NCBI GenBank assembly: GCA_965242725.1
Contig: CBDESZ010000018.1
Span: forward strand, 224,001 to 288,000
Reading direction: 5' to 3'
Length of the DNA: 64,000 nt
DNA from: Alkalispirochaeta sp.
GTDB lineage: Bacteria; Spirochaetota; Spirochaetia; DSM-27196; Alkalispirochaetaceae
Below the pieces are notes generated by a model that was not told where the DNA came from, searched no databases, and saw nothing but the letters and a program-made list of their open reading frames with translations. The number at the start of each line of letters is the position of its first letter. The stretch's first letter is position 1. Shown piece after piece: positions 43,593-53,306 of the stretch. The translations under genes and the position numbers were made by a program.

Positions 43593-44792
43593 GACGTTCC
43601 GCCGATTCCCAGGCGTCGCCGCTTCACATCGAACCACGCCGCAATGAAGGGCCACCATGGAACCGACGCCATGAGGGCGAGATTCTCCCGTATCGTCCCC
43701 TCTTCATCGAGAAAGCGCCAGATCCGACCGAGCGGGTTCTTTTCAAAGAGATCGGTAAAGATTTCTCTCCCCCGGTCGGGGTTTTCATCGAGAATGGAGA
43801 GCAGCATTCCATCGAAGGTCCTGTATCGCCGTGGCGGCTCGGGGATATCAAAGGGGTGCCCGTGTCGGCGGAGAGAGTCGACGATCCGTTCGGCGTCGCG
43901 TACCATGCGCCGGAAGGCAAAACCCGTGGAGCTCTTCACCCGGCCCCCCTTTGTGCCAATGCGGAGAATTCTCTCGCCCCCCCGTCGCGGAAAGGGCTGA
44001 TCCGTCATCGGAATGATCCCCGTCTCTTCCTCCGTTACGCGATACGTCTTTACACCGAGTCTGTGATCGAGGTACTCCCGGAGTCCCAGCTCGTATTCTT
44101 CTTTCGAAAGGAGGTCGCGTGAAAAGAATGTGTACTCAACGAGCGCCTTCGTCCCGGAAAAGGGCAGAATGTACATGAAACGAAACGCACCGTCCTGAGG
44201 AATATCAAGATCGAAGAGCGTGACCGCGTCGGCGTCAAATACGGCCTCCTCCGTTTCAATGACCCACCCGAGAAAGTGCTGTTTGAGAAAACGATATCTC
44301 CTCGTATCGACTGAAAATTCCTTTGGAAGGAAGAGACTGTCAAAGACCCAGTCGCCGGAAAACCGTTCACACCGTCGCCAGCGTAATCGTCGCTCCCCGG
44401 GCTCCTTCGGGCGGTTCATCCGACGGGGCATCCCGTATCTCCGCAACGTCTCCCGACAGGAAAACCACATTCTCCCGCTTCTCCAGATCCGACAGGACAA
44501 AGGAATAGAAGTCTTCTCCCCTGATCATACGATACTCAAAGGGGGCAAGGTCAAAGCGGTGCGATCGGGAAGATCCGTGAAACCACATTTGCTTCCACCG
44601 CCGATGGACGACGGGATCGAAGGGGAAGGGATGGTCGATCCAGAAACACCAGGTGCGGTCGTTTGCGCCCTTCTTTTCTCGGTCGACGACAAGTATTGAG
44701 GAATCGTCGTAACCGTGATGAACGAGACGATATGCAAGCAACAGGCCCGCCGCACCGCCCCCGGCAATGATAAAGTCAAAATGGTCGTCCAT
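43589..44792 (-). CDS. crtY: Lycopene cyclase, CrtY/CrtL flavoprotein family (frameshift near 44370)
   Basis: FDFIIAGGGAAG, NDRTWCFW, QHFLGW, FMYILPF...ALVEYT, EETGIIPM, GTKGG.VK.STGFAF. Confidence 0.85.
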
Positions 44793-44798
44793 GTGTTG

Positions 44799-44827
44799 AA
44801 AGTAGTGCAATCCCCATGCGCAGACAA
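44799..44827 (-). promoter_or_regulatory. Putative promoter of crtY-cruF (leaderless geometry)
   Basis: TTGTCT-17 nt-TACTTT, 6 nt before the ATG; no SD. Confidence 0.5.
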
Positions 44828-44870
44828 GCGTGGAAAGCCTTCGGCCCCTGGGACGGTTTGGGACCTTTTC

Positions 44871-45521
44871 ATGAGACGTGATTGGAAGGACTATACGATG
44901 TGCGCCCTCTGCGGCGATTTTCCCCTGTTGTTGGGAGACTGTGCGATCTGCCCCTCCTGTATTGAGGAGCTTCAGAAGATGCCCGGCCCCTTTGCCGTGA
45001 CATTGCCGGGAAGTGAAATACCCTGCTACGGCGCGGTTGAGTATGCGGGCATCGCCAAACGGGCGATAGAGGTCGTGAAAATAACCGGTAACAAACGCCT
45101 TGCCGTCGATCTCGGGAGAATCCTCCTCTCTCCACTTGTGGCCGATTCCATTGCATTGACGACGGAGGAGGGTCTCTTCCTCGTTCCCGTTCCTGCGAGT
45201 CGCTCGGGTCGGAGGCGGCGCGGGTTCGACCAGGTCCAGATGATCGCCTCGGCCCTTTCCCTTCCGCAGAGCCACCTTCTCCGGCGCAAGGCGGGGAGCC
45301 AGCAAAAACGACTTACCCGGGCGGGTCGGCTGACCAACGCAGCCGAAAAATATATGCTCGTTCGCGACGCCCCTGTCATCGGGGAAAAGGATTGTGAAAA
45401 AAGGGGAGTAATCATCGACGATGTCGCCACGACCGGCGCCAGCATCTCCCAATGTGCCGCCCTCGTCAGGGACGCGGGGTTTACCGTCATCGGTGCCTTT
45501 GTCTGCATGGTAAAACGGTGA
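44871..45521 (+). CDS. comF: ComF family protein (PRTase fold with Zn-binding N-terminus); start uncertain
   Basis: CALC..ICPSC, VPVP, RRRGFDQ, IIDDVATTGAS. Confidence 0.85.
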   Translation: MRRDWKDYTMCALCGDFPLLLGDCAICPSCIEELQKMPGPFAVTLPGSEIPCYGAVEYAGIAKRAIEVVKITGNKRLAVDLGRILLSPLVADSIALTTEEGLFLVPVPASRSGRRRRGFDQVQMIASALSLPQSHLLRRKAGSQQKRLTRAGRLTNAAEKYMLVRDAPVIGEKDCEKRGVIIDDVATTGASISQCAALVRDAGFTVIGAFVCMVKR

Positions 45522-45531
45522 GAGCGTGCTA

Positions 45532-45560
45532 TTGACGGTGTCGTACCGGTTATGTAGTAT
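45532..45560 (+). promoter_or_regulatory. Promoter of the rimP-nusA-infB operon
   Basis: TTGACG-17 nt-TAGTAT. Confidence 0.7.
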
Positions 45561-45589
45561 TGAGAAAGACAACTTACTGTTACGGCAGC

Positions 45590-45619
45590 AAAGAGTCGCT
45601 CCGGCGGGCTCTTTTTTTT
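45590..45619 (+). terminator. rimP-leader attenuator hairpin
   Basis: AAAGAGTCGC-TCCG-GCGGGCTC-T8 between the promoter and the rimP SD. Confidence 0.7.
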
Positions 45620-45652
45620 ATGCCCAGCCGCCCAATTGTCGAGGAGACTACG

Positions 45653-46098
45653 GTGCAGAATCGAAAACCGTCGGGCCCGGTCGTCGACGGTGCAAGAGAC
45701 ATAATCGAAAGTTTGGGATACTCCATCGTCGAGTTTTCGGCGGAGCGTGTAAAAGGTCGCACCCACGTGCACTGCGTCCTTCATCGCCCGGCGGGAATCA
45801 GCCTTGACGATCTGGGTGAGATTCATCAGACCCTTCAGCCGCGGCTTGAGCAACTGCTGGAGGATGACGACTTGCACATAGAGTTCAGTTCACCGGGTAT
45901 TGGCCGTACATTAAAGAATTTTATGAGTTTTCGGTGTTTGTGGGAACTCCCGTACGGGTGTTGCCGGCGGACGGGAATGATTGGATAGAAGGTGTGATAG
46001 AAGTTGCCGACGAAGGGACGTGTTCAATCGTCGATAACGAAGGAACGCGTCACACATTCGTTCCCGAGACGGTCGTCAAGGCGCGACTGACGGATTGA
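45653..46098 (+). CDS. rimP: Ribosome maturation factor (frameshift at the T-run 45919-45922)
   Basis: GAGGAG SD with GTG start; GISLDD, IEFSSPGIGRTL; continues in another frame as YEFSVFVG..IEGVI..VKARL. Confidence 0.88.
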
Positions 46099-46113
46099 CA
46101 GGAGGATCAGAGA

Positions 46114-47832
46114 ATGTCGGTGGGACTTGCGGAGGCGATCCGCGCGGTAGTTCAGGACAAAGGTATTTCGGAAGACCTGCTGATGAAGGTCATCGAAGAG
46201 TTTTTAATTGCCGCCTACAAACGGAAATACGGCCACTCGGACAATGCGGTCGTCCAGTTCAGTGATGACGGCAACGAAGTAACTCTCTTTGCCCAGAAGG
46301 TTATTGTCGAGGACCCGGAAGATCCGGTGACCGAAATTCCCCTCTCCGAAGCGTTGGAACTCAACGAGGAATGCGAGGTGGGGGACGAGCTGCTCATAGA
46401 AATCGATCCGCAGGAATTTGACCGCGTTGCGATACAGAGTGCCAAACAGAAAGCACGACAACGCATTCGGGAGATTCAGAAGGATACCCTCTACTCGGAA
46501 TTCATAGACAAAGTCGGCGAGCTTGTCATCGGTTACGTTCAGCGCGAACGAAACGGCAACATATTTGTCGACCTGGGAAAGTCCGAGGGTATCCTTCCGA
46601 AACGCTATCAGTCACCGAGAGAGGTCTACCGTACCAACGACCGCATCAAGGCACTTATCGTCGACGTCGCAAAGGGAAACTCAGGGCTTCAGATCGCCCT
46701 CTCCCGAACCCATACCGACCTTGTCCGCCGGATCTTTGAACTTGAAGTACCAGAAATCTACGCCAAGACCGTAGAAATTGTACGGATCGTACGTGAAGCG
46801 GGATACCGGACAAAGATAGCCGTCGCATCGTCACGGGATGATGTCGATCCCGTCGGTGCCTGCGTCGGCCTGCGGGGTGTCCGGATTCAGGCGATCGTGC
46901 GGGAGCTGGAAGGGGAAAAGATCGACATCCTGAAGTACGACGCCGATCCGCGTATTCTCATTAAAAATGCCCTCTCTCCGGCGGAGGTTACGAGCGTTGT
47001 GATCCTCGATGAAGCACGTCGGCAGGCGCTCGCTATCGTTCCGGAGGATCAGCTCTCGCTGGCGATCGGCAAGCAGGGTCTGAACGTGCGTCTTGCCAAC
47101 CGGCTGGCCGACTGGAATATCGATGTGAAGACGGTTGACCAGTTTGACGAACTTGACATCGCCGCTGAATCCAAGCGCGCCGTATCTGCCCTGTTCGGCG
47201 ATACTCCCGACGAGGAGGAAGAAATCACCTCCGTTGCCGAGCTGCCCGGTGTCTCCGAATCGATGGTATCCATCCTTGAGCAGAACAACATCACCCTCAT
47301 TGAGGAACTCGTGGGGTTGTCCGATGAAGAACTCCACGAACTCGATGGAATGGACGACGAAACGGCTGCGACGCTCAGTAAAATCATCACCGAAAATGTC
47401 GAAATCGTGGAGCAGGATGAATATGAAGACGACCTCTACGAAGACGATTACGACGAAGAGCAGGGCGCTGAAGAAGGTGAGTATGAAGAATCGGACACCG
47501 ATGGCGTAGAGGACGCGACGGAATCGGTCGCCCCGACGGAAGACGAAGACGAAGAGGATGAAGAAGACGAGGACGAAGAAGAGGACGGGTATGAGACCGA
47601 AGAAGGGGAAGAAGAGGTAGTTACGTCGATCGCGGAACTTCCCAACATGACTCCCCAGCTGGTGGACAAACTGAACGCCGCCGGTATCTCCGATCTTGAC
47701 GCATTTATTTCCCTCGATCCGGAGTCCGTCGATTCAATCGAAAACATCACCGCCGATGAAGCCGAGACAATTCGGGTAATCTTGACGGAAAGTGTCGAAA
47801 TCGTCGAAGACGATGACGAATTGGAAGAGTAA
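46114..47832 (+). CDS. nusA: Transcription factor NusA with acidic, duplicated C-terminal domains
   Basis: FDRVAIQSAKQ, S1, LFELEVPEI-like, REAGYRTK, VGACVG.RG.RI, SLAIGKQG.NVRLA. Confidence 0.97.
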   Translation: MSVGLAEAIRAVVQDKGISEDLLMKVIEEFLIAAYKRKYGHSDNAVVQFSDDGNEVTLFAQKVIVEDPEDPVTEIPLSEALELNEECEVGDELLIEIDPQEFDRVAIQSAKQKARQRIREIQKDTLYSEFIDKVGELVIGYVQRERNGNIFVDLGKSEGILPKRYQSPREVYRTNDRIKALIVDVAKGNSGLQIALSRTHTDLVRRIFELEVPEIYAKTVEIVRIVREAGYRTKIAVASSRDDVDPVGACVGLRGVRIQAIVRELEGEKIDILKYDADPRILIKNALSPAEVTSVVILDEARRQALAIVPEDQLSLAIGKQGLNVRLANRLADWNIDVKTVDQFDELDIAAESKRAVSALFGDTPDEEEEITSVAELPGVSESMVSILEQNNITLIEELVGLSDEELHELDGMDDETAATLSKIITENVEIVEQDEYEDDLYEDDYDEEQGAEEGEYEESDTDGVEDATESVAPTEDEDEEDEEDEDEEEDGYETEEGEEEVVTSIAELPNMTPQLVDKLNAAGISDLDAFISLDPESVDSIENITADEAETIRVILTESVEIVEDDDELEE

Positions 47833-47906
47833 CTAGGTATTGACTATGCCCGCGGGCGGTTTACAGATCCCCATCAGAATCGGTAAACTCGAGATAAAGG
47901 AGTGGT

Positions 47907-50775
47907 ATGGCAGAGGATCAGGATAAACAGAAACCGAAAACGACGCTCATTAAGAAAAAATCGGAAAGCTCAACGGCTTCCACATCGGACAGTGGTACGT
48001 CCGGTGAGAAGAAGAAAGTTCGAGTTGTCGTTAAACGGAAGCCGAAGGCGGTAACGAAGCGGAAGAGCGCCATGCCCGAGACAGGAACGGCAGAACCGGC
48101 TCAGCAATCCGCATCGACTCAGCCGTCGCAAGGCGCGGAATCGAAGGAAACGACTCCCAAAGAATCGGTAAAATCCTCCCAAACCACCACGCCCGCCGTC
48201 GAGTCCAAACAAGCGGACTCAAAACCTTCAAGTGAGGTAAAGACTCGCACCCCGAAGGAGGCCGCCAGGGCGGAATCCTCCGCAGAAGTGGCGTCGGGCA
48301 CGGCGAAAAAGAGCGCCGATTCCGACACCGATCAAGGGGCCAAACGCGCCGGTGCTGAGACCCCCGGGGCAAAAACATCCGAGGCTCCCGGCGAGAGCTC
48401 TTCACGGAAAAAAACGGCGGATGAACCACCGAAACGGGAAGGTACACCTCCCGCGGAAGAGACAAAACCGCAAAAGAAAGAACCTCAGGAAGAGAAGGAA
48501 CCGCCGAAGCCGGGGCTGGCGTGGAGCAACGCCAAACCAACCGGAAAAGGCCGCATAAATACACCGGAACACCGCCGTCCGCCGCTGCCGACCTCCATGC
48601 GGGAACGAACCGCCCGGGGACGGACCGATCGCGGGGAAGGTGCCCCGAGAGAAGACAGTCGCCGTCCCGGTGGTGAAGGCCGCGGAGAGGCTCCGGGTCA
48701 GAGAAGAGGCGCTCCCTATCGCGGTCCGGGAAGCGGCGGACGAGGCGCAGGTCCAGGTCGTGGCCCCGGTCCGGGACGCGGCCCCGGGGGACGCCCCGCC
48801 GGCGGAAGACCGCCCATGGGACGCCCCCAACAGGGAGCACCGACGGGACAGCCACCGACGGATACGGACAAGCGCGGCGCACCTGCAAAGAGTGCGGGGA
48901 AAACGCTTTTACAAGAGCAAGAAGGGACGCGGCGGCGGCGGATACGAACGTGACGACCGGCAGCGTGAAAAAGAGATAAGTTTCAACCGGAAGAAACCGC
49001 AGCCGAAGGCCAATCCGGTTCCCAAAGAGATCGACATCATGGAAGTGGTGACGGTGAGTGAATTGGCAAAGAAGATGAACCTGAAAGCCAATGAACTTAT
49101 CGGAAAGCTGATGAGTATGGGAATGATGGTTTCCATCAATCAGCAGATCGACCGGGAAACAGCGGAAATTCTGGCGGGAGAGTACGGCTGCAAGGTCAAT
49201 GTCGTCTCCCTCTATGAAGAGACGCTTATCGAATCCGAAAAGGACGACGAGGGTGACCTGCAAGCCCGTTCACCGATCGTTACCGTCATGGGTCACGTCG
49301 ACCACGGGAAGACAAAACTGCTCGACGCGATTCGCTCCACCAACGTGGTCGAAGGCGAGCACGGCGGAATTACGCAGCATATCGGTGCCTATCAGGTAAA
49401 ATTGGAGCAGGGCACGCTGACCTTCCTTGACACCCCCGGTCATGAGGCGTTTACCCTTATGCGCGCCAGGGGCGCCCAGGTGACGGACATCGTCATTCTC
49501 GTCGTAGCAGCCAATGACGGCGTCATGCCGCAGACGCGGGAAGCGGTGGATCACGCAAAAGAAGCGGGTGTACCGATTATCGTCGCCGTCAACAAGGTAG
49601 ATCTGCCGGAAGCAAACGTCGACAGGGTGAAGCAGCAACTTTCCGAGCTCGATCTCATTCCGGAAGACTGGGGCGGACAGACGCCGGTCGTAGAGGTGTC
49701 GGCACTTCAGAGGCTCGGTATTGAAGACCTCCTTGAAACGGTCCTTCTTCAGGCGGAACTGCTTGAGCTCACCGCCAATTTCGACCGTCGCGCCGAAGGA
49801 AAGATCATCGAAAGTAAAATCGACCCCGGCCGTGGAACCGTTGCGACGGTACTGGTACAGCGCGGTACCCTGCGTATCGGTGACTCCTTTATCGCCGGTA
49901 TCTATCCGGGGAAAGTGCGTGCCATGTTTGACGACCTGGGAAAACGCGTTGATGAGGCGGGTCCGTCGATGCCGGTGGAAGTTCTCGGTTTTGACGGCGT
50001 TCCCGACTCGGGTGATCCCTTCCAGGTGACGGAGGATGAGAAATCCGCCCGCCAGGTCGGGGCAAAGCGACAGGAGCTGAAACGCGTTGAGGAAGCGAAG
50101 AACGTCAAGAAGGTGACGCTGGACAACCTCTACGACAGCATCCAGGAGGGAGCGGTACAGGAACTGAAGGTCGTCATAAAGGGTGACGTCCACGGTTCCG
50201 TTGAAGCGCTTCAGAACGCCCTTGAGCGCCTCAGTACGCCGGAGATTCGCCTCGTGGCGATTCACGCGTCGGCAGGAGCGATCAACGAGGGAGATATCAT
50301 GCTCGCTTCCGCATCAAGCGCAATCGTTGTCGGTTTTCACGTGCGTCCCACACCGCGGGCACAACAGCTTGCCGAGCGGGAGAAGGTGGAGATCAAGAAA
50401 TACAGCATCATTTACGATGCGGTGGAAGACATTCGGGCGGCCATGGAAGGCATGCTTGCGCCGGATCTTCAGGAGAAGACCGTCGGTGCCGTGGAAGTTC
50501 GGGATACCTTCAAAGTACCGAAGATCGGAATCGTCGCCGGATGTTACGTTACCGAAGGGGTGGTGCAACGAAAGGCGAACGTTCGCGTATTTCGGGACAA
50601 CGTACAGATTCACGAAGGTACGATTTCATCGCTCAAGCGCTTCAAGGACGACGTGCGGGAAGTTTCCGCCGGGTATGAATGCGGCATAGGCATCAGCAAT
50701 CTTCAGGACGTGCAGGTGGGAGATACCCTTGAAATCTACGTGGTCAAGGAAGTTGCCAAGAAGCTGGAGTCCTGA
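47907..50775 (+). CDS. infB: Translation initiation factor IF-2 (frameshift at GGGGAAAA 48896-48903)
   Basis: Low-complexity N-terminus (KPKTTLIKK) in one frame; [21 protein letters not shown] and SLKRFKDDV in the +1 frame. Confidence 0.95.
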
Positions 50776-51170
50776 TGGACGACACACGACGGGCACGACT
50801 TTCACAACGGATCCTTCACGAGCTGAGTGAGCTGTTGCTCAGGGGAGAGATAAAGGACCATCGGGTCAATACCCTCGTATCCTTCAGTTATATAAAACTG
50901 GCGAAGGACGGCAGCACCGCCCGAATCGGTGTTTCATCCTTCCTTGATCATAAAAAGGTCGACCTGGCGGTGGAGGGACTGAACTCCGCCGCCGGTTTCC
51001 TTCAGTCCCGGATAGGTCGCGTCCTGAAAACCCAGGTCACGCCGCGCCTCCACTTTGTCGCCGATCACAGCATCGAAGAGGGGCAGGAAATCATCCGGAC
51101 AATCAACACCCTTGAGTTTTCCGACGATGAACAGCGGGATTCTGCTGCTGGACAAGACGACGGGGAGTAG
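50775..51170 (+). CDS. rbfA: Ribosome-binding factor A
   Basis: IKDHRV, LNSAAGFLQ, TPRLHFVADHS. Confidence 0.93.
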   Translation: MDDTRRARLSQRILHELSELLLRGEIKDHRVNTLVSFSYIKLAKDGSTARIGVSSFLDHKKVDLAVEGLNSAAGFLQSRIGRVLKTQVTPRLHFVADHSIEEGQEIIRTINTLEFSDDEQRDSAAGQDDGE

Positions 51171-52131
51171 CTCCGCCAGGGCGCTGTACCCCGTCAAAAG
51201 AAGATTCCCCCGGCGGAAAGTAGGACACACAGGTACCCTCGACCCCTTTGCCTCGGGACTGATGGTGGTTCTCGTCGGGCAGGCGACACGGCTCTCCCGT
51301 TTTTTTCTCAAACTCGACAAGCGATACACAGGCATCGTCTTCTTCGGCAGTGAAACGGATACGCTGGACCGTCTCGGTTCGGTGGTTGCCACCGGCGGGG
51401 TGCCCCCGCGGGAAATCATTGAGGAGGAGGCGCGCCGTTTTGTGGGTACGACGGAACAGGTCCCGCCGAGTTACTCCGCACTGAAGGTGGGAGGAAAGCG
51501 GGCGTATGCCCTGGCGCGGGCCGGAGAAGAGGTCACTCTGTCACCACGGTCAATACTGGTTCATGAGCTGACAATTACTCCGATTGAGGATACGCCGCGT
51601 CAAAAAGCCCCGCCGCCAAACCGATATCGCATGGCGGTACACTGTGAGAGCGGTACCTACATACGCTCCCTTGCCCGTGATATCGGGCGCGCGGCGGGAA
51701 GTTACGCCTACCTGGAAGAGTTGCGCCGGGATCGGGTCGGCCCTTTTTCCGTCGCCGATGCGTTCCTTCCGGAAGCTATGGATGCGCACACCGACGAGGA
51801 GCTTCTCCTTCCGATTCCCGATGCCATACGTCGCCTCGGCACGATTCCCGTCGTTTCCGTTACGGCAGAGGAGGCCCGTAACTTGCGGGGCGGCAAGATG
51901 CCTCACCGGTCGGTCACACCCCGGTCCATGAAGGGGATCATCGATGAAATCGCGCGGTTTCAGTATGCCGGTGTGGTGGAACACCTCCTTCTCGTCGACA
52001 CCGGGAATCGGTGTGTCGCCCTCATGGACGTTGCCGCCAGCGGAAATACCGACGTGGAAGGCGCCGTCACCGATATCACCCTTTCATATGGTGCGGTTTT
52101 TCCCCTCGAAGATGATGAGGTACGCCCATGA
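51127..52131 (+). CDS. truB: tRNA pseudouridine(55) synthase
   Basis: GILLLDK, KVGHTGTLDPFASG, TDTLD, PPSYSALKVGG, GTYIRSLARD. Confidence 0.96.
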   Translation: MNSGILLLDKTTGSSSARALYPVKRRFPRRKVGHTGTLDPFASGLMVVLVGQATRLSRFFLKLDKRYTGIVFFGSETDTLDRLGSVVATGGVPPREIIEEEARRFVGTTEQVPPSYSALKVGGKRAYALARAGEEVTLSPRSILVHELTITPIEDTPRQKAPPPNRYRMAVHCESGTYIRSLARDIGRAAGSYAYLEELRRDRVGPFSVADAFLPEAMDAHTDEELLLPIPDAIRRLGTIPVVSVTAEEARNLRGGKMPHRSVTPRSMKGIIDEIARFQYAGVVEHLLLVDTGNRCVALMDVAASGNTDVEGAVTDITLSYGAVFPLEDDEVRP

Positions 52132-52976
52132 GTCATCCTGACAATGGAGCGGTCGGTTTCACTCCCCCTGATCCACTCATTCCCCTGGCGATCTGGGATG
52201 ATCCAGACTATCCGCCCCGCGGTTTTCCCACCTCCCGCCCGGTGAGTCTTGCCGTCGGTGTCTTTGACGGAGTTCATCGGGGACATCAGGAACTGTTACA
52301 CCGGGCCGTCTCCGACGCGGGCACCCTCGAGAAAGGGATACCCGCCGTCCTGACCTTCGATCCCAATCCTGCACGTCTCATACGTCCGGAAAGCTATATC
52401 GGCGATCTTTCGACGCGACGGCTGCGTCTTGAGTATTTTGCCCAGACGGGCATTGAAGAGGCCATACTCGTCAGATTTAACGAGCGCTTTGCGAGACTTC
52501 GTGGAGAAGCATTTCTGGAGAAGATTCTTCATCTTTTTCCGTTTCTTCGACTGATGGTCGTCGGTTTCAATTTTCATCTCGGCCACAACCGGGATATTCA
52601 CGCCGAGGAACTTCGTCAGTGGATGGCTGCACGGGACGTCAGGGTTGACATCGTGCCCGCGCTAAAAGATAATGACGGGTCTATCAGTAGCTCCCGCATC
52701 CGTCGTGCCGTCGCGGTTGGGGACTTAGAAGTGGCGGCCGCATTGCTCGGCCGACCGTACACCGTTGCAGTTGACGGCCAACTACCGTCCCACCGCAACG
52801 AATGTCGCCAGCTTCTGCCGCCTCCGGGTACATATGAATGTACATACATTTCGGAGGACTCAAACCGCGAGGGCATGATCAGTGTTTCCGTGGATGGAAC
52901 GCTGCAGTGGGAGAATATACTGGAAGAAACACAATATGTTTTGTTAAGGAGAAACCCACATGTCAACAACGGCTGA
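52128..52976 (+). CDS. ribF: FAD synthetase (FMN adenylyltransferase) with reduced C-terminal domain
   Basis: [31 protein letters not shown]; no PTAN kinase motif. Confidence 0.85.
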   Translation: MSHPDNGAVGFTPPDPLIPLAIWDDPDYPPRGFPTSRPVSLAVGVFDGVHRGHQELLHRAVSDAGTLEKGIPAVLTFDPNPARLIRPESYIGDLSTRRLRLEYFAQTGIEEAILVRFNERFARLRGEAFLEKILHLFPFLRLMVVGFNFHLGHNRDIHAEELRQWMAARDVRVDIVPALKDNDGSISSSRIRRAVAVGDLEVAAALLGRPYTVAVDGQLPSHRNECRQLLPPPGTYECTYISEDSNREGMISVSVDGTLQWENILEETQYVLLRRNPHVNNG

Positions 52977-53229
52977 ACGCAAACGCGAAATTGTCGCGAA
53001 GTTTGGCGAGAACGAAAAGGATACCGGAAAAGCGGAAGTCCAGATCGCACTGCTCACCGAGCGCATTACCGAACTCACCGAGCATCTGAAGCTCAATAAA
53101 AAGGACCACCACAGCCGACGAGGCTTGTTGAAGCTTGTCGGTCAGCGACGACGTCTTCTGCGATACCTCAAGGACTCCGACCTGGAACGGTATCGTTCCA
53201 TTCTCTCCGAGCTCGGACTGCGTAAGTAA
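52960..53229 (+). CDS. rpsO: 30S ribosomal protein S15
   Basis: [36 protein letters not shown]. Confidence 0.98.
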   Translation: MSTTAERKREIVAKFGENEKDTGKAEVQIALLTERITELTEHLKLNKKDHHSRRGLLKLVGQRRRLLRYLKDSDLERYRSILSELGLRK

Positions 53230-53306
53230 CCGTCATCTGCGCCGCGCCGGGTTGGTTGCCCGGCGTTCCGCGCGCAGCCAACCACTCAACGAGGTATACA
53301 AGTACA

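Noticed and set aside
45915..45925. rimP pseudogene or programmed frameshift
   Set aside because: The break is in a T homopolymer and both halves are intact, which is typical of a sequencing indel.
48896..48903. Canonical -1 ribosomal frameshift heptamer G GGA AAA in infB
   Set aside because: The heptamer is phased in the downstream frame; reaching the IF-2 core needs +1, the wrong direction.
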